Shown: positions 1 through 15,400 of the stretch, in pieces
How positions within the stretch are numbered: position 1 is the first letter of the stretch
Layout of the letters: every line of letters starts with the position of its first letter
Source: Balanoglossus misakiensis
Taxonomy: Eukaryota > Animalia > Hemichordata
NCBI GenBank assembly: GCA_040954595.2
Contig: CM082590.2
Span: forward strand, 7,130,001 to 7,194,000
Direction of reading: 5' to 3'
Length of the DNA: 64,000 bases
Notes under the pieces: generated by a model
What the model saw: only the letters and a program-made list of their open reading frames with translations
The model's database searches: none
What the model was told of the DNA's origin: nothing
Program-made: the position numbers and the translations under genes

Positions 1-303
1 TCATGTGGTTAAATATAAGATGCATGTACACCAATTTGTGGCATTTGGTTGTCTGACAGAAAAAGAAACTTTACAAGATTTGAAGAACTTTAAATGCAAA
101 TAGACTGAAGTACTTACAAACACATACGCAACACTGGTTATAAGTTGAAGTAACTCAAACATTTTCAATTTTGTAAGTGACGACATTTTGCTCATATAAT
201 TACTTATGTGGTTATTTATTCCAATTTCCAGAATTGTGCCTTTGTTTCTTCAAACTCTCTCTCCTCTCACACCTCACCCAACACACATACTGACACACAC
301 ACA

Positions 304-351
<48 letters not shown>

Positions 352-364
352 CCTTGATACTTAC

Positions 365-2273
365 CAAACTGACCAGGCCCACAAGCCAGCCTGTCCAGTG
401 TATATCTCTGCAGTTTTCGTTCATAGTGCGTGCCCGTCACGTTCTTCTCCGACACCCCCATGCACACTTTGGTGATCGGTAACAAGTCTCTGTTGACAAA
501 CTCGCCATGGTCCAATCGTAGTTCGTCGTCGTTCGCATCACAGTTGCACGCCATGTCTGTGCCGCCGGCACAAGAACCTGTTTCACCACATGAGCAGTAC
601 GGACCATCAGCAGAACCAGCCCAGCCTGTGGATCAATAAGAAAATACCAATTGATCAGAAATGATTTCTTTCAAGTTAATATATACTGTAAAACACTTTA
701 TTTTCACAAGTTAAAATTTTCGCGATATCGAGAGAGGCCACTGTTTCGTGAGTATTAATTTTCGCGTTCTCTTATTTCATTCACTGCATCGTTATCTTAA
801 AATAAAATTAAACGACTTTTTATTTTCACGCTTTTTTGGCTCTCGCGTATTTCACGGAAATTTATTGCTCGCGAAAATAAAGTGTTTTACAGTATATTAC
901 TTTTAATAGTGAAAAGATTAATGAACATAAGTACCCTCTAGTACATTACAGCAACTAACAGTAACAAACTTTAAACTAAATGATTACCTGAGCCGAGATC
1001 ACCATCCGAGTCGTACCAGTAAGCATACGATTCACCTCCACTGTTTACAAAGGGGGCATTTCGACACTCCATCTTGGCATATTGCTTACAGAACTCTGAC
1101 ACATCTGTCAGACCCTGTGAAACGAAAAAGAACAATTAAAAACGTTATGCACAGGTTACCCTTTGTTTTCTACTTAACAAATTTACGAACAAAGGCTATA
1201 TTGTTTGGAAATGTGATAAAAAGTAACCATGCATTGTTTGCTATGATTTACAGTGTAATACAAAGTAAACAACCCATATTGTTTGCAATGATGTACATTG
1301 TAGCAGTTACACTACAGTGTAATACAAAGTAACAACCACATTGTTTGCAATAATGTAGATTAATTGTAGCAGTTACACTTCGCGCATACTTTGACTTGTT
1401 AGCAACTGTGTCGTATGGGACCCACATGCGCAGATGCAGATGGGACGACAGTGTGCCCTTTAAGTCCATATGACGCACCACTGACTCAACAAACTCACTG
1501 GTGACTCAAGAAAATTATCCACACTACATGCAAAGGTATAGGGCTGACCCAGAGAAATTTGTGGAAATCCTCAAATTGACTCAAAGCTTTCAAAAATTAT
1601 GCTTGTTAGAGGGCACACTGGACGACACCCACTCTTCATCAACTTTCTGCATTGGTTACCAGTTTGTGCCAGGATCGATTACAAGATCTTGCTTCTTACA
1701 TATAAGACCATTCATGGCCTTACCCCACAGTACATTGCTGACATGGTTAATCGATATACCCCTTCACGCAGCTTAAGGTTTTGGGAAAAAGACCTTCTGA
1801 CAATAACACAAGTCAACTATGGAGGACGTGCATTTTCTTATGCTGCTCCAAAGCTCTGGAACTCACTACCTGATGACGTCTAGACTCTTTTAAGGGGAAA
1901 CTGAAGACGTTATACTTGTTTGAAAAAGCCTACAGTGTGTGAACAACCATCGGGCGCCACTGAACAGTTCTCTGGATATTGGCGCCATATAAATGTTTTT
2001 GATTGATTGATTGATTGATTGAACTTACTTTGATTTGCTCAATTGTTGCATGTTCGTACTGGATTTCCACGCAATGTCTGCCGGGGCCTTCATGCTCTGG
2101 GTTGTCCGCGTTCACTTGTTTCGTACCGTTCACGACCTCCACGATGGTTTGTGGAAACTCGCAACGAACCTCGAATGGCAGCTCCCCACCGAAGCCGTCG
2201 GGGTCGATGACGTATTGCCCGATGGCCAGATCTCCAGTTGCGGCTTGGTGGTCTGCGCACGTCGGCCATGTTT
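365..2273 (-). CDS. Gene 1, fibrinogen-like (Caspr-type) repeat 4, 3 exons
   Basis: Exons 2029-2273, 988-1114, 365-625: WPTC...YVIDPDG...PFEVRC...[10 protein letters not shown]...GWAG...CSCGETGSC...CNCDAN...DHG...LLPIT...LACGP. Matches the Caspr-like motif set xIDPDG, WGG/WAG, CxCG, CNCD, LP. Confidence 0.9.
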
Positions 2274-5200
2274 CTGTCGCATGATGGAAAATAACCAAGA
2301 ACTGGTAAATTTATCTGATGGTTGATAGCCACCATTGTGGCATGTAGTACACCATGGAGAGAGTTTTATTTTTCAAATTACACGTCAGCTGTCTATTACA
2401 CAAGTAATTTTGGACATAGAATGTAAAGATTATTATTTATAACTAAAAGAATCGCTGTATAAGTCAGCCAGTGTCTGTAAGTTTAACTTCACCATTGTGA
2501 TCAGCCAAAAACTGTTCAAATTACACATCAGCTGTCTATAACACATGCAATTTTTTGCATGTGTTATGGACAGCTTATGTGTAATTTCTGAAGAATAATC
2601 TTTACTGCCACAATAACTGAAAGAATCGTTGTAAGTTGACGCAGAAATCACATTCACAAACGACTCACTGACTTACTATAAACAAGTGTTGATATCGCTC
2701 ATACACGACTCAGAAAACGCTACATTTTCCCGCCAATATTTTTTCAACATTTACGGCATTAAGCTTTCCCCCAAGAATTGGCAATTGCCATGCAAGTATA
2801 CAAGTGAGTGAAATAACACGAGAGAAGAGCTATTTAATAAACCTCACCCCAACATTTGAGTTTTCCAAGGGTAATACCGCCCTCACTGTTGTCATGGGGC
2901 GCGGACAGATGCAGTGATGTCACGGGTAGGTGCGATGAATTACCGATGAAGCCGCTGTCAAATCTGTTGAGAAAAGAAATATCTGGCTGAATTGCCTTGC
3001 AAAAGAAGCGCAGCGCCCTCTTGTGACTTGAACATACTGTATAAATGCTTCTCAAGGCAATGATTTGAACTTGACAATTGAAACAATAAAAACAACATTT
3101 TGAAAGTAATTGTCATAGGAACGTTGAACGTGGATTAAACAATAAAATCGGAAAACGTTTCACACCTACAAAATTGCCTTTTTTGGCTCGGCTCGGCTGC
3201 AGTTCGTTTTCTGATTTGACCGAAAATGTACGTATACATGTATCCCTACTTATTTAATTGTGAACAGGCATAAAGGCAAAGAAAGTTCAAACACATCCAA
3301 GTCCGAAAATGGCACCACCAAAAAAGTACACCTATAAAACTAAGTACAGTCGAACCTGTGTTAGTGGTCACCTCTATATAGTGGCCACTTTGTTACAGTC
3401 CCTGTGCAATTTACAGGTACATTAATTAATTGACCTCTCTATAAAGGCCAGTTTAAGAAGGTGCCTTGACTGGCCACTATAGACAGATTCAACTGTACAT
3501 CAATTGACCTGTCTATAAAAAGACCACCTGTCTATAAAGGCCAGTTTAGGAAAGTCCCTTGACTGGCCACTATAGACAGATTCAACTGAACATTAATTGA
3601 CCTGTGTATAAAATCCACCTGTCTATAAAGGCCAGTATAAGAAAGTCCCTTGACTGGCTGCTATAGACAAGTTCGACCATAACTATAATGACATCCTTAC
3701 CGTGTAGCGTGTCCACCAGCGTCGCAGTTACAAAGATCACTAACCCCACCAGTGCAGTCTCCGGTGAATGCGCAAGCACACTGGTCACCGTCAACACCAT
3801 CTAGGTAATAGTGAGGCCCGTCACTCGCGCCCCAATATACATATTGCGTACCTAGGAAAAGAGACGAAAAATGTGGTTAATAATTTGCCAACACTAATGG
3901 ATGTCCGTGATTCTCAAAATTGGAGACAGCTACTGATTTACTCACATTATCGACGTGTTATGTGTGGTACATCAAGTGGATAAAAGATACATTTTGGTTT
4001 TAAAATGACTATGGCCAATAGTCAATCAATGAGCATTTGTTGCGACCAAATACCTATACTGTATACTGTAAAACGGTTTATTTTTGCGAGCAATAAATTT
4101 TTCGCGAAATACGTGAGAGCCAAAGAACTTGAAAATGAAAGATCGCGTAAAATGTTTTTCGGAGATAACGATGCAGTTAGTGAAAATACGAGAAGGCCAA
4201 AATTAATCCTTGTGTAACAGATGCCTCTTTTAATATCGCGAAAATTTCAACTCGCGAAAATAAAGTGTTTTACAGTATTCGAACAACACATACAAACAGT
4301 TAGGTTGTCATTATTCAGTGAGACACATGCCATGTGGTTTGACATCTGCCATCTATTCCTGCCTAAGCCACTAACTTATATCTATTCTCTCTGCAGCAAG
4401 TGATTGTGCAACTTTATACATGATGATCAAGAGCACACAAACGCAAATGTTCAACTGATAAAAACTGGATACCTTGATAGTGCACTGGTGCATTGGAACA
4501 CCTGTATGTGATTTCCTGAGCGCAGTAAGCTGATCTTTCTATGATGGCCTTGATATCTTCATCGCTGCTGGTGTAGTTCACTGTGCGGTCCACAGGCCCT
4601 GGGGTGTCTCCTTCATGGAAAGTAATCTTTCAGGGGAAAAACAAACACATGATCATGTCATTGGAAGGAAAAATGGTGGAAACATGTACTTAGATACTCA
4701 AACATATCTTTTTATCGGCAGTATACGCATATATGTTTATAAATACACATGTATGTATGTATGTATGTATGTATGTATGTATGTATGTATGTATGTATGT
4801 ATGTATGTATGTATGTATGTATGTATGTATGTGTGTGTATGTGTGTGTGTATGTATGTATGTATGTATGTATGTATGTATGTATGTATGTATGTATGTAT
4901 GTATGTATGTATGTATGTATGTATGTATGTATGTATGTATGTATACATGTATGTATGCATGCATGCATGTATGTATCTGTATGTATCAATGTATGTTACA
5001 CAGATATGTTGTTGCATATTCAAGTCCCCTGCAAGTTGTCTGTCAATTCATACTTACCTCTTCTGTTATATTATGGCCGATAATGGTTATACCATAATTA
5101 GGATCAGTGTGCATTTCACAGTAAACGAGGAATGGTTCTCTGTTGTCAGCTAAAATACAAAAGTGTTGACAGTTGACAGTAATACTTGACATGGTTCTAA

Positions 5201-8200
5201 GATCAGCAAAAAATGACGAAAGTGGTAACTGTTTTAGAGGATTTCTGCTACAATAATAATAACACAATAAAACACAATTCGTTAAGAAATGAAACTCACG
5301 ATCGTCATTGGCTGGCGGACCATCTGGATCGATCATGTAGACACCGTCGTACATCGCTCCCATGTCGCGATGAGCTTGGCAAGATGGTAGAATTCCTGTA
5401 AAAAACAAACGCAGTTGTTGAACATATGGTGTTTTTCCCAATCTTATTTTCCCAATAAATAATTATGCTATGGGTTTTGGTATAATATGGTACAGTCAAA
5501 CCTGTCTATAGTTGCCAGTCAAGGGATCTTGCTAAACTGGCCTTTATAGACAGGTGGTCTTTATAATTATAGACAGGTCAATTAATGCACATGTAAATTG
5601 CACAGGGACTGTAATTATAGTGGCCACTATACAGAGGTGGTCACTAACACAGGTTTGACTGTAGATAAAAAGATGTCGTATATAAATATAACATGTTTGT
5701 TACTCAAAATGACGAGTGACAGTATTTCTGGATTTGACTCGCACAAAATATTTGGTAGTTCAGCCAAATTTCAATTGAATTTGTCACTTGGGGTCAAGCA
5801 TGCTAGCAAGGTACGCTTACCTATTCCTGACATCTGACCTGGTACCACCACTTAGATGACCAAATATAGTAAATGTCGTTATTATCAATTTTTATTGGAC
5901 CTTCTGGTAATTGTTGACCTGGTATAATAATGATTACTTACCGAACTGTTGGTTGGAACACTTGAGTTCTCCGATTTCGAAACTAGCCATGGAATTAGAA
6001 CCTAAATCTCCAACAGAGACCGAAACCACTGGTAGATTTTCCATCTCCATTATAAGTCCTGAAGGAAAGAAGAAAACAAATGTAGGTTTATATGTCTATG
6101 TACATGTTGTTGAGAGTTCAGTCTGACTGATTGTGTAAATTTAGAAATTTCAGACCCACATCTGAAATAAACAACAAAGGTATTTTGCTTCTCACAATAT
6201 GGCACTAGAGTTGTGACATGCTGATTTAAATTGAGGATATTAATTGAGAGTATAACATTATCAGGTCTCTGGTTGAATTTGTTGTTGAATAATTATGCTT
6301 TATTAGGTATTATATGTATGTGTTTTGTCCCTAATGTGATTTTGTTGTGTTTCTTTGTGCTTTTACTCAGTATTTTTTTTTATTTTACTGTTGAGCTGTA
6401 AGACGATTATCCTTTTACGATGATAAATCCAATCTAATCCAATCCAATCCAATCCAATCCAATACAATACAATATAATGCAATACAATACAATACATTAC
6501 AATACAATTCAATACAATACAGTATACCATGTGTATCAAACAAGGATGATCAAAGTGGAACTTTAACCCTCCATAAACAAACACCTACCAAAATCGGAAT
6601 GCCATTGACCGTCTTCTATGTCACAGTTGCAGTTATAGCCCGGCACGTCACATTCGCCGATCATACCACAGGCGCACATGTGCGCTTCTCCGAACCCCCC
6701 TCCCCAGTACTCCATGACCTCTCCCTTGCCGTTGGTCCAATGGCTGGTGGTCTCACTGAAGAGTTTGGAGTTCTTGCAGTTGAACTTGATCTCCTGGGTG
6801 CAGTACCCCGATGACGCAATCATGTTGAACATGACTTCAATGGAGGTGATGTACGTGATGTTGTAGACCACGGGGGGTCCGTCGTACGGCGGGAGGGTGG
6901 GCACCGGAGCGGGTATTCCTTGTTCCGGACAATACGGATTACAACAGTCGCATTGCCGGCAACGGCAGCAGGGACAGTAGGTCGGCGTGTCGCCAGTACC
7001 GTCTCCATCATCTTCCGGTATCTCGAAGCCAGGGGGTGATATAATCTCAACAACCATTCTACAAATCAAAAGAGAAGACGTCATTGAAACAAAATCTGTG
7101 TATTTTAAACATTTATAAAACAAAGATTCGCGTATTAATATTTATAAAACAAAGATTCGCGTATTAAGAGCGATTGAGAGGGGTTCTAATATCAGAAGTA
7201 CCATGCTTATAATACACAAGGAGATCGAGTAACCTACAGTTCAACCAATCGTATTTCGTGTTTCTTTCAGTGCATGTTTCCTTTTACCAGCCACTTTGCG
7301 TGTTGCTCATTGGATATATAGTGAATCAACATTCAACCACACACAACTTCCATCCCATTTGTAGGATATGAGAGTAAAATTCTCGCCAAAATGAATAAAG
7401 GGTAGAGACTGATTATTCCTTTTGGTGAGTTTTTTCACTGTCGTGTCTACAAGTCGGATGGAAGTTGTGTGTGGTCGAATGTTGATTCACTATATCCACA
7501 TGTAGAATAGCATAAACGGTGTCTTGTATCAAACATAATTAATGGAAAAAGGGCAGCGAGAGAGAGACTTTGTCCTGGGAGGTGTGTGTGGTCTGATGTT
7601 GATTCACTATATATCCACATGTAGAATAACATAAGTGTTGTCTTGTATCAAATATAATTAATGGAAAAGGGGCAGCGAGAGGGGGCGTTGTCCCTTTAAT
7701 GAGGCAACTCTCTATCAATGTCACACCACTTTCACATTTTTTATACAATTCGTTCGCGCTTCTTAATGCAAAAGTCTCGCGTTGAACTCACTCTGTTCTT
7801 CTGATGATGCTGACAGCGCCATCATACGTCGTCATGTCACAGTTCAAGAGCTGGGGCTGCGACCCCGAGGGACCATCTGTGTCGATGAAAAATGCGCCGT
7901 CAATAATGAAAGAACTCCTCAGCCTCGTCTCTTCACAGTTCTCGTAGATATCTGACGTCACATGTAAAAAAAATCAGAATGACAATGTTATTCATTAAAG
8001 GGATAAAGTCTCTCTCTCTCGCTGCCCCTTTTCCATTTATTATGTTTGATACAAGACACCATTTATTTTAATTTACATGTGATATATAGTGAATCATGGC
8101 AGTTGTGTGTGGTGGAAAGTTTATTCACTATATATCGACAACAACATGTAGAATAACTTAAAGCCCCAGTATTTCTCGTGTGTATCCATTTTTCATCATC

Positions 8201-11200
8201 GAAAAATGCCTGTTTTTCCCGTACATTCATCATGGAATACTACATAATGAAGATAGAAGAAAGGTTTGGGCAACTGTAGCTACGTGCAAGCTGTAAATAT
8301 TGCCCGTAACAATTATCATCTACTTTTAGAAATTATAGATGCCATTTCTAACAAAATGTTGCCCCTACGAGAAATACTGAGGCTTTAAACAGTGTCTTGT
8401 ATCAAACATAATTAATTGAAAAGGGGCAGCGAGAGAGAGACTTTGTCCCTTTAATATTCTGAGACCTGTGGATACAGAGAAACCGTCATGAGATTTTAAT
8501 ATTTATCATTTACAATGGGAATAAGATGACTATACACCCTTTAGCAAACTCTGACATGAGATAAAGTATACTGGTAAATCATTAACATTGACATTTGCAT
8601 TTTACAGTAGTTATTGTAGTCATAGAGTCCAAGTTATCAGCAGGTTAAAATGACATATATATCTTAAAAAGAATCCCTACAGGATTTCTATAGAAGACTA
8701 TATCATTTATGAATGTGACTGAATACCACCGATTTCTAACACAATAATACGGTAAAAATGGATGACAAAGCAAGACAACATATCTTTTTAACGTAATATT
8801 AAAGGGACAAAGTCACTCTCTTCCTGCCCTTCTTCCATTAATTATGTTTGATACAAGACACCGTTTGTTATTCTTCATGTGGATATATAGTGAATCAACG
8901 TTCGACCACACACAACTTCCATCCCACTTGTAGACATGAGAGTGAAAAACTCGCCAAAATGAATAATCGGTGTTTACCATTTATTCATTTTGGCAAGATT
9001 TTTACTCTCATACCCTACAAAGGGGATGGAAGTTGTGTGTGGTTGAACGTTCATTCACTATATATCCACATGTAGAATAACATAAACAGTGTCTTGTATC
9101 AAACATAATTAATAGAAAAGGGGGCAGGGAGAGAGAGACTTTGTCCCTTAAACGTAACTGAGCCCTCACCGATTTGTTGTGGGGCACAGTACACTGGACC
9201 AATGATGTGCTTTCCTTGTCTCCCTCCCCAGGTGTTCCCGAAAGCAACTCCTCTGATTGGCAGCAGTGATTTGTCGATAATTTTTCCGTCGTCGTAGACG
9301 TAAGTCGTACCGCTGCTGACTCCATTACAGTTGCACTGCGCAGTGTCGTTCAACAGACAACCATTTACTTCGCCACACGAGCACTGGAGGAAAGAAAGTG
9401 GAAATGATACCAGTTTAGATGTGCACATACATAGACAGCTGTCAGCAGATAATGAAGCAATATACACATATTGACTGGCCATGAGGGCAACAGCATACGT
9501 CTGTTACCCAAGGGACTGTGAGCCAGTACCCCCAAAACAGACAAATTTGGTTGCTAAGTGATGGTACCACAATAAAAACTTACTGTGTAAGGCTCTGTTG
9601 CTCCTCCCCAGTTGTGTTGTTCGTTGCCATGCCAATCAAGCCACCAACCAAACCCATCAAGCAGCTTAGCTCCACCTCTACAACCATATCTGTCACAGAA
9701 TTCACACAAAGAGTTGTAATATATGTTTCATTCATAATGTATGTATGTATGTACCGGTATGTATGTATGTATGTATGTATGTATGTATGTATGTATGTAT
9801 GTATGTATGTATGTATGTATGTATGTATGTATGTATGTATGTGTGTATGTATGTATGTATGTATGTACTGTAAAACACTTTATTTTCGCGAGCATTAAAT
9901 TGACGCTAAATACGCGAGAGCCAAAAAAACGCGAAAATAAAGACTCACGTAACAGTGGCCTCTCTCGATATCGCGAAAATTTCGACTCGCGAAAAAAGTG
10001 TTTTGCAGTATGTATGTATGTATGCATGCATGCATGCATGTATGTATGTATGTATGTATGTATGTATGTATGTATGTATGTATGTATGTATGTATGTATG
10101 TATGTATGTATGTATAGAATGAAGTGGTCAAGAAGCACCAACTCTTGGACACAGTGTTCTTCAATGCAAACTAATTTTATTATATGTATGTATGTATGTG
10201 TACTGACCCACCTCATGTTTTGATAACAAAATCCAGCATCTTCTGTTATTGCCTCAATCTGTTCTTCAGTAAGTTGATACTGGAATGTTCGATCGTAGGA
10301 GCCCGGGTCATTCTTCCATCGCACGTTCGTCGATTTTTCAGAATCGTGATGGATGACGATGACACCCACATCACGCGACATGTCACAGATCGCCTTGAGA
10401 AGAAAACAATATCTTATATCAAAATCATGTATGTAATTAGAACAATCTTGGATGATTCCCTACTATATTACGTTAGGAAAAAAATGTTATTCGCGTTATC
10501 ATCTCCTTGGGTTCAGAAGCTTCAGTGTCAAACTTTTGCTACCTAGGTCGGTGATAAACTTTTCATGTGGTCGATAGAATTTCAAAATGGCGGATTTCTG
10601 TGCAGGAAAAAGCTGTCATGAGGTACGTAGCACGAACATTCATGAAGTAGGCAAAAATTTCACAACTTACCGACAGAGGTACATCTATGTAATAATTACT
10701 CAGTACTATTACTAAGTACCTATGCAACTATCAATACATTCAAAACAAATATAATCGGGTATAATATATAAAATATATACCGTAAATGGTGGCAATCCAC
10801 CGGGACCATCTGGGTCGATTGTGTATTCGCCATCTGGAGCATTTTTGTTGTCTTGTTTGATGACATCACAGTTTCTTGGTATTACTGGAAGGCCAATGAT
10901 AGAAGAAACGATAAACGTGAAAAGCCATCAACATATTAAAAAGTTCCCCCTTCCCCCATGTGGGTTTAATGTAGGTCTGCCTCTGCAAGCAAGAATACGT
11001 ACTTGCCAATGTGACGCCAGTTATGATGTCATCGCAGGCCAAAAAACAACAGCCATACACCACCGACCCGACTGCTAAACATTAAAATACACACTAACAC
11101 AGCTGTGACACTATTACATGTCGATCTTCATTCTGGAGTTTCATCCCAGGGTAATATAAAACTGTGTTCTGCACGCACGCTTTGCGTGTTCACGCTAAAT

Positions 11201-12317
11201 AACCAAACGATATGCGGCACTACGTTGTCACGAAACCAAACAACTAATCATGTAACTATCAGAATATTATATTTTTATTAATCCATAAAAGATAGATAAT
11301 TTATTTTGATGTAGCCAATTGGGAGCCTGACTACAGAACAGGAAACCAGGTGCGTCACTAACAGTAGTATGGCCAAATAAAAAAATATGTGCTATTTCCT
11401 ACCCTAATTTTAGCCTGCCGACCCTAAACTTTTAGAGCTTCGTAAGCCGGAAGTAAAAAAAACAATGTCAAATATACAAAAATTTTGAAAATTACGAGAA
11501 TCCCGCAAGAACAATGACATCATTCTTCTACACTACAGCAACCAAAGATAAAAACAAATTGCAAAAAAAAAATCCCTACCTACCTACCCTATCTTTGAAA
11601 ACCATGTAATCGGAACAGCACATATTTTTTTTCATTTGTCCTAATTAGAAATACTTACGTCTGCAAAAGGTGTAGCCATCACCAGTGAAGCCATCATTGC
11701 AGGCACAACTGAACGACCCTGGGCTGTCCGTACATGTTGCATTAGCTGTGCAATTATGAGTTCCCTCTCTGCATTCGTTGATGTCTTTGAACAAGAATAA
11801 AGTTGAATTATTCTCCTGCATCTTACAGATTGAGAGGAGTGTGCGGTTTGTTCTTTCACATTTTCATGAATCTGAATAAAACAAATTTATAGTTCAAACA
11901 GCTCATATGTGTTATTTGTAGCACCTTGCATCTGGTGAAAAAAATGATTTTTAGAGTGTTAACAGCAAAAGTAAATTGGAAATGTGCTAAAACATTTTTA
12001 CCATTATGTACACTATTACACAGTAAACAATGTGGTTGTTACTTTGTAATGATGTACAAAGAAGCAGTTATGCTTTGCACCAACTTTGAACTCGAGGTAT
12101 ACTCACTGGCACATCGTAGTTTGCCGTCTCCTTGGTAACCACTGTTGCATTCACAAGCGGAATCCACACACGTTGCCCTCGCATGGCAGTCAGCATCATC
12201 GTCGCAGTAATCGGACACTATGACAAAAGAGGTATAATGAATTACATATAGGTACATGCATGTATACATGCATAAATACATACATACATACATACATACA
12301 TACATACATACATACAT

Positions 12318-12348
<31 letters not shown>

Positions 12349-12392
12349 TACATACACATACATACATACATACACACATACATACATACATT

Positions 12393-12424
<32 letters not shown>

Positions 12425-15400
12425 TACATACATACATACATACATACATACATACATACATACATACATACATACATACATACATACATACATACATACA
12501 TACATACATACATACATACATAATGTGTCATGTCTGACACAATATACCAAACAAATTCGTGTGTTTGGCATTTTCATTGCAAATTATATGCAGATACAAT
12601 GGCATTTTCATTGCAAATTATATGCAGATACAAATCTCCACTTACGATTGCATTCGAAACCATCTCCCTCGTAGTCCTCTTTACAAGAACAGGTGAAGGA
12701 TCCCAATGTATCTGTGCAATTCGCGTGCACAGAACAAATGCTGTAGGAACACTCATTGATGTCTACAAAAATGTAAGGTTCTCAATTAGAACTTTGTTGT
12801 GCAACATTGCCAAATTAAAACGGCTGGGGAAGTGTTTGTTGGTTGCTGAGGCAATCAGGTTGTACAGTGTTGAATGTCATTTTTTAAACCAAAAAAATAC
12901 GCAGTCATTGTAATCAATGTTTGTCTTGGCTGAAACAACATTAAAGCTAGTTAATATTTACTTTCGCAAGAAGTGCGCCCGTCGCCGTGGTAACCCGCTA
13001 TACATCTGCACTGGCCGAGGGAACATACGGCGAGACTGTGACACGTCGTGTCATCTTCACAGGGGGTCGATTCTGCAAGATTAAATCAAATCACAAAGTA
13101 ATATTCTATCACTTCGATAATTTGAATCAATCAGATCTGTGATCTCGTCAAAATTCTATATGAGCAGACCTAAAGTACAGACATGGACACTCAATCAGCT
13201 GTTTTTATATTTGATCACCATGCACTTTAAATAAATTTTCTGTATCAACATAAAGCGTGTAGCTCGTCTCACACTCATGTTCCAGCTGTAGCCGCTGGTT
13301 ACAGACGTTTAGTGAGCAGTCAATCTCACAAGGGCCAAGGCAGTGCTTTGTCCTAACAACAGAGAAGATGGCGACGACCATATTCTGCGTCGGAGATCGG
13401 GAAAAGACACTAGCTTGGGTGAAAAGGAGGGACAACACCAGAATCTACTTATACGGTGCGCATGAAATGTGGAAGGAAGCGAAGGCAGTCCACTATTTGA
13501 ATGCATCGAACAGAAAATTTGCTGGGAAGTTACGCGCATGCGCGTGAGACGAGCTACGCGCTTTAACACCGAGATTGGTGGCCATTTGGAATTTAATATA
13601 TAGTACAATCTTGCTCTCTCTTACCAAACTGACAGATGTAACCATATTCGTTGCTGCAAGGTTCATCATTCCATTTGAAATCGTACGCAAAGTCAAGTTT
13701 GACGCAGTCAGATTCCAGGTCGTTCGTTGGTTCGTTGTCCATCCAGTGGAAGTAAGTTGCCTCGGTGTCGTCATGCCATTTGTATACGCCCTCTTCGGCA
13801 GCATCAGAGAGTCCTTTGAAAACAGAATAATAATAAGTATGCTATGCTGTCTTATGAAATGAAAAATAGCCCTTTGAAAATAAATATTAATTTGTTATCA
13901 AATATGAACAGAAAAAAGTATGATTCTTTGTCGTAGATATGTGCTACAGTCAAACCCCTGTTAGTGGCCACCCCTATATAGTGGCCACTTTGTTACAGTC
14001 CCTGTGCAATTCACATGTGCATTAATTAACCTCTGTATGAAGGCCATCTGTCTATAAAGGCCAGTTTGGGAAAGTCCCTTGACTGGCCACTATAGACAGG
14101 TTTGACTGTATATTTACTTGTTGAGAAATCGTTGTGCTGAGAGTTTGTGGTGACCGGAAGTACACCAACACGCCTAAACGCTATTTTATCGACTTTATAC
14201 CTAAACTACCTCATAGTAACCATTGTATATAGTAATATACATGTGTAATGAAATACTGTTTGCTGACAGACTTGTGGAGGGAAGAAAAAATGTGTATGCC
14301 ACGTTTTCCGATGCACATTAACATTTTTGCGAAGAGTAAAATTAAATGACTATTTGATCAAATTGGCGAGGGAAAAATCAAGCGAGAGATTGACAAACGG
14401 CCATTTTTAATTTCAACTATCGGTAAATATGACACAAATTGATAATTTAGGTCTCAAAATTAAATGAATACAATGCGCTGTAAATTGCAAGGGTTTCTTT
14501 TACATTAAAATAGAAAGTTTCCTCCAAAATGAACAAACTTTAACCAAATCTCAAAATGTTATATTGAATTTGGGTCGGCTTACTGGTTTAAGAAAATCTG
14601 CCAATTATACCACCACCACCACCACAAAAACAAGAACAACAACAATAACAACAAAAGCAATTAATCTTACCAATCCAGAAATCGTTGTAGGCATACCCAT
14701 GGTGAGTGAGATATCGAACTACATATCCCTGTATGAATCTATCGGTAATTTTGACGGGTTCAGCACCGGCCTGGAGACAGGCTAATTCTGAATGGTTAGC
14801 GTTGCTAGGCGTGTCATCAAATGTGTAGCACATATCACCAAGGCGTAGGGTGTCTTCACCTGGGCATACTTCATCAACTGGAAGAAAACCATATGGTAAC
14901 ATTGTATCACATTTTAGGGACATTGAATCAAATTGTTAGTAACCTTGTATCAGATTGTTAATAACATTGTACCACATTTTAGTGACATTGTATCACATTT
15001 AAGTAACATTATATCACATTATTAGTATCACATTTTAAAAACAAAAATGACTAACAGGTTGTTTTGATTTGCGAGATTCTGCAAAGCAAAATCAGTTACC
15101 AAACATTTTAAAGCTCCATTAGCTGAGAATTTTTGTTGGGTTTTCTGAATTTTTGTTCTGTGTATCTACTGCCGCACAGTTTCTTGTTCAAATTCGTAAA
15201 GCAGACAGAAATGTCCATTGTTTAGAACTGGATATGTTACCATGCTGTTTGGAGTAGAACAAGAAATTACATTTGGTACACAGAACAAAAAATACTGAAA
15301 ATTACGCCAAAGGTAACAACTAATGTCCCTTGAAACAATTTTCACAACCGATTAGCGGCCATTTTGTTATAGCCAACTGGTTCCTTTACTCACAGCCGAT

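Noticed and set aside
4615-5153. Long YVCM/HTYI-repeat ORFs here and at 9741, 12039, 19656, 20865-21685, 47168, 51861, 55878
   Set aside because: Translations of stop-free (TATG)n and (TG)n microsatellites, not proteins.
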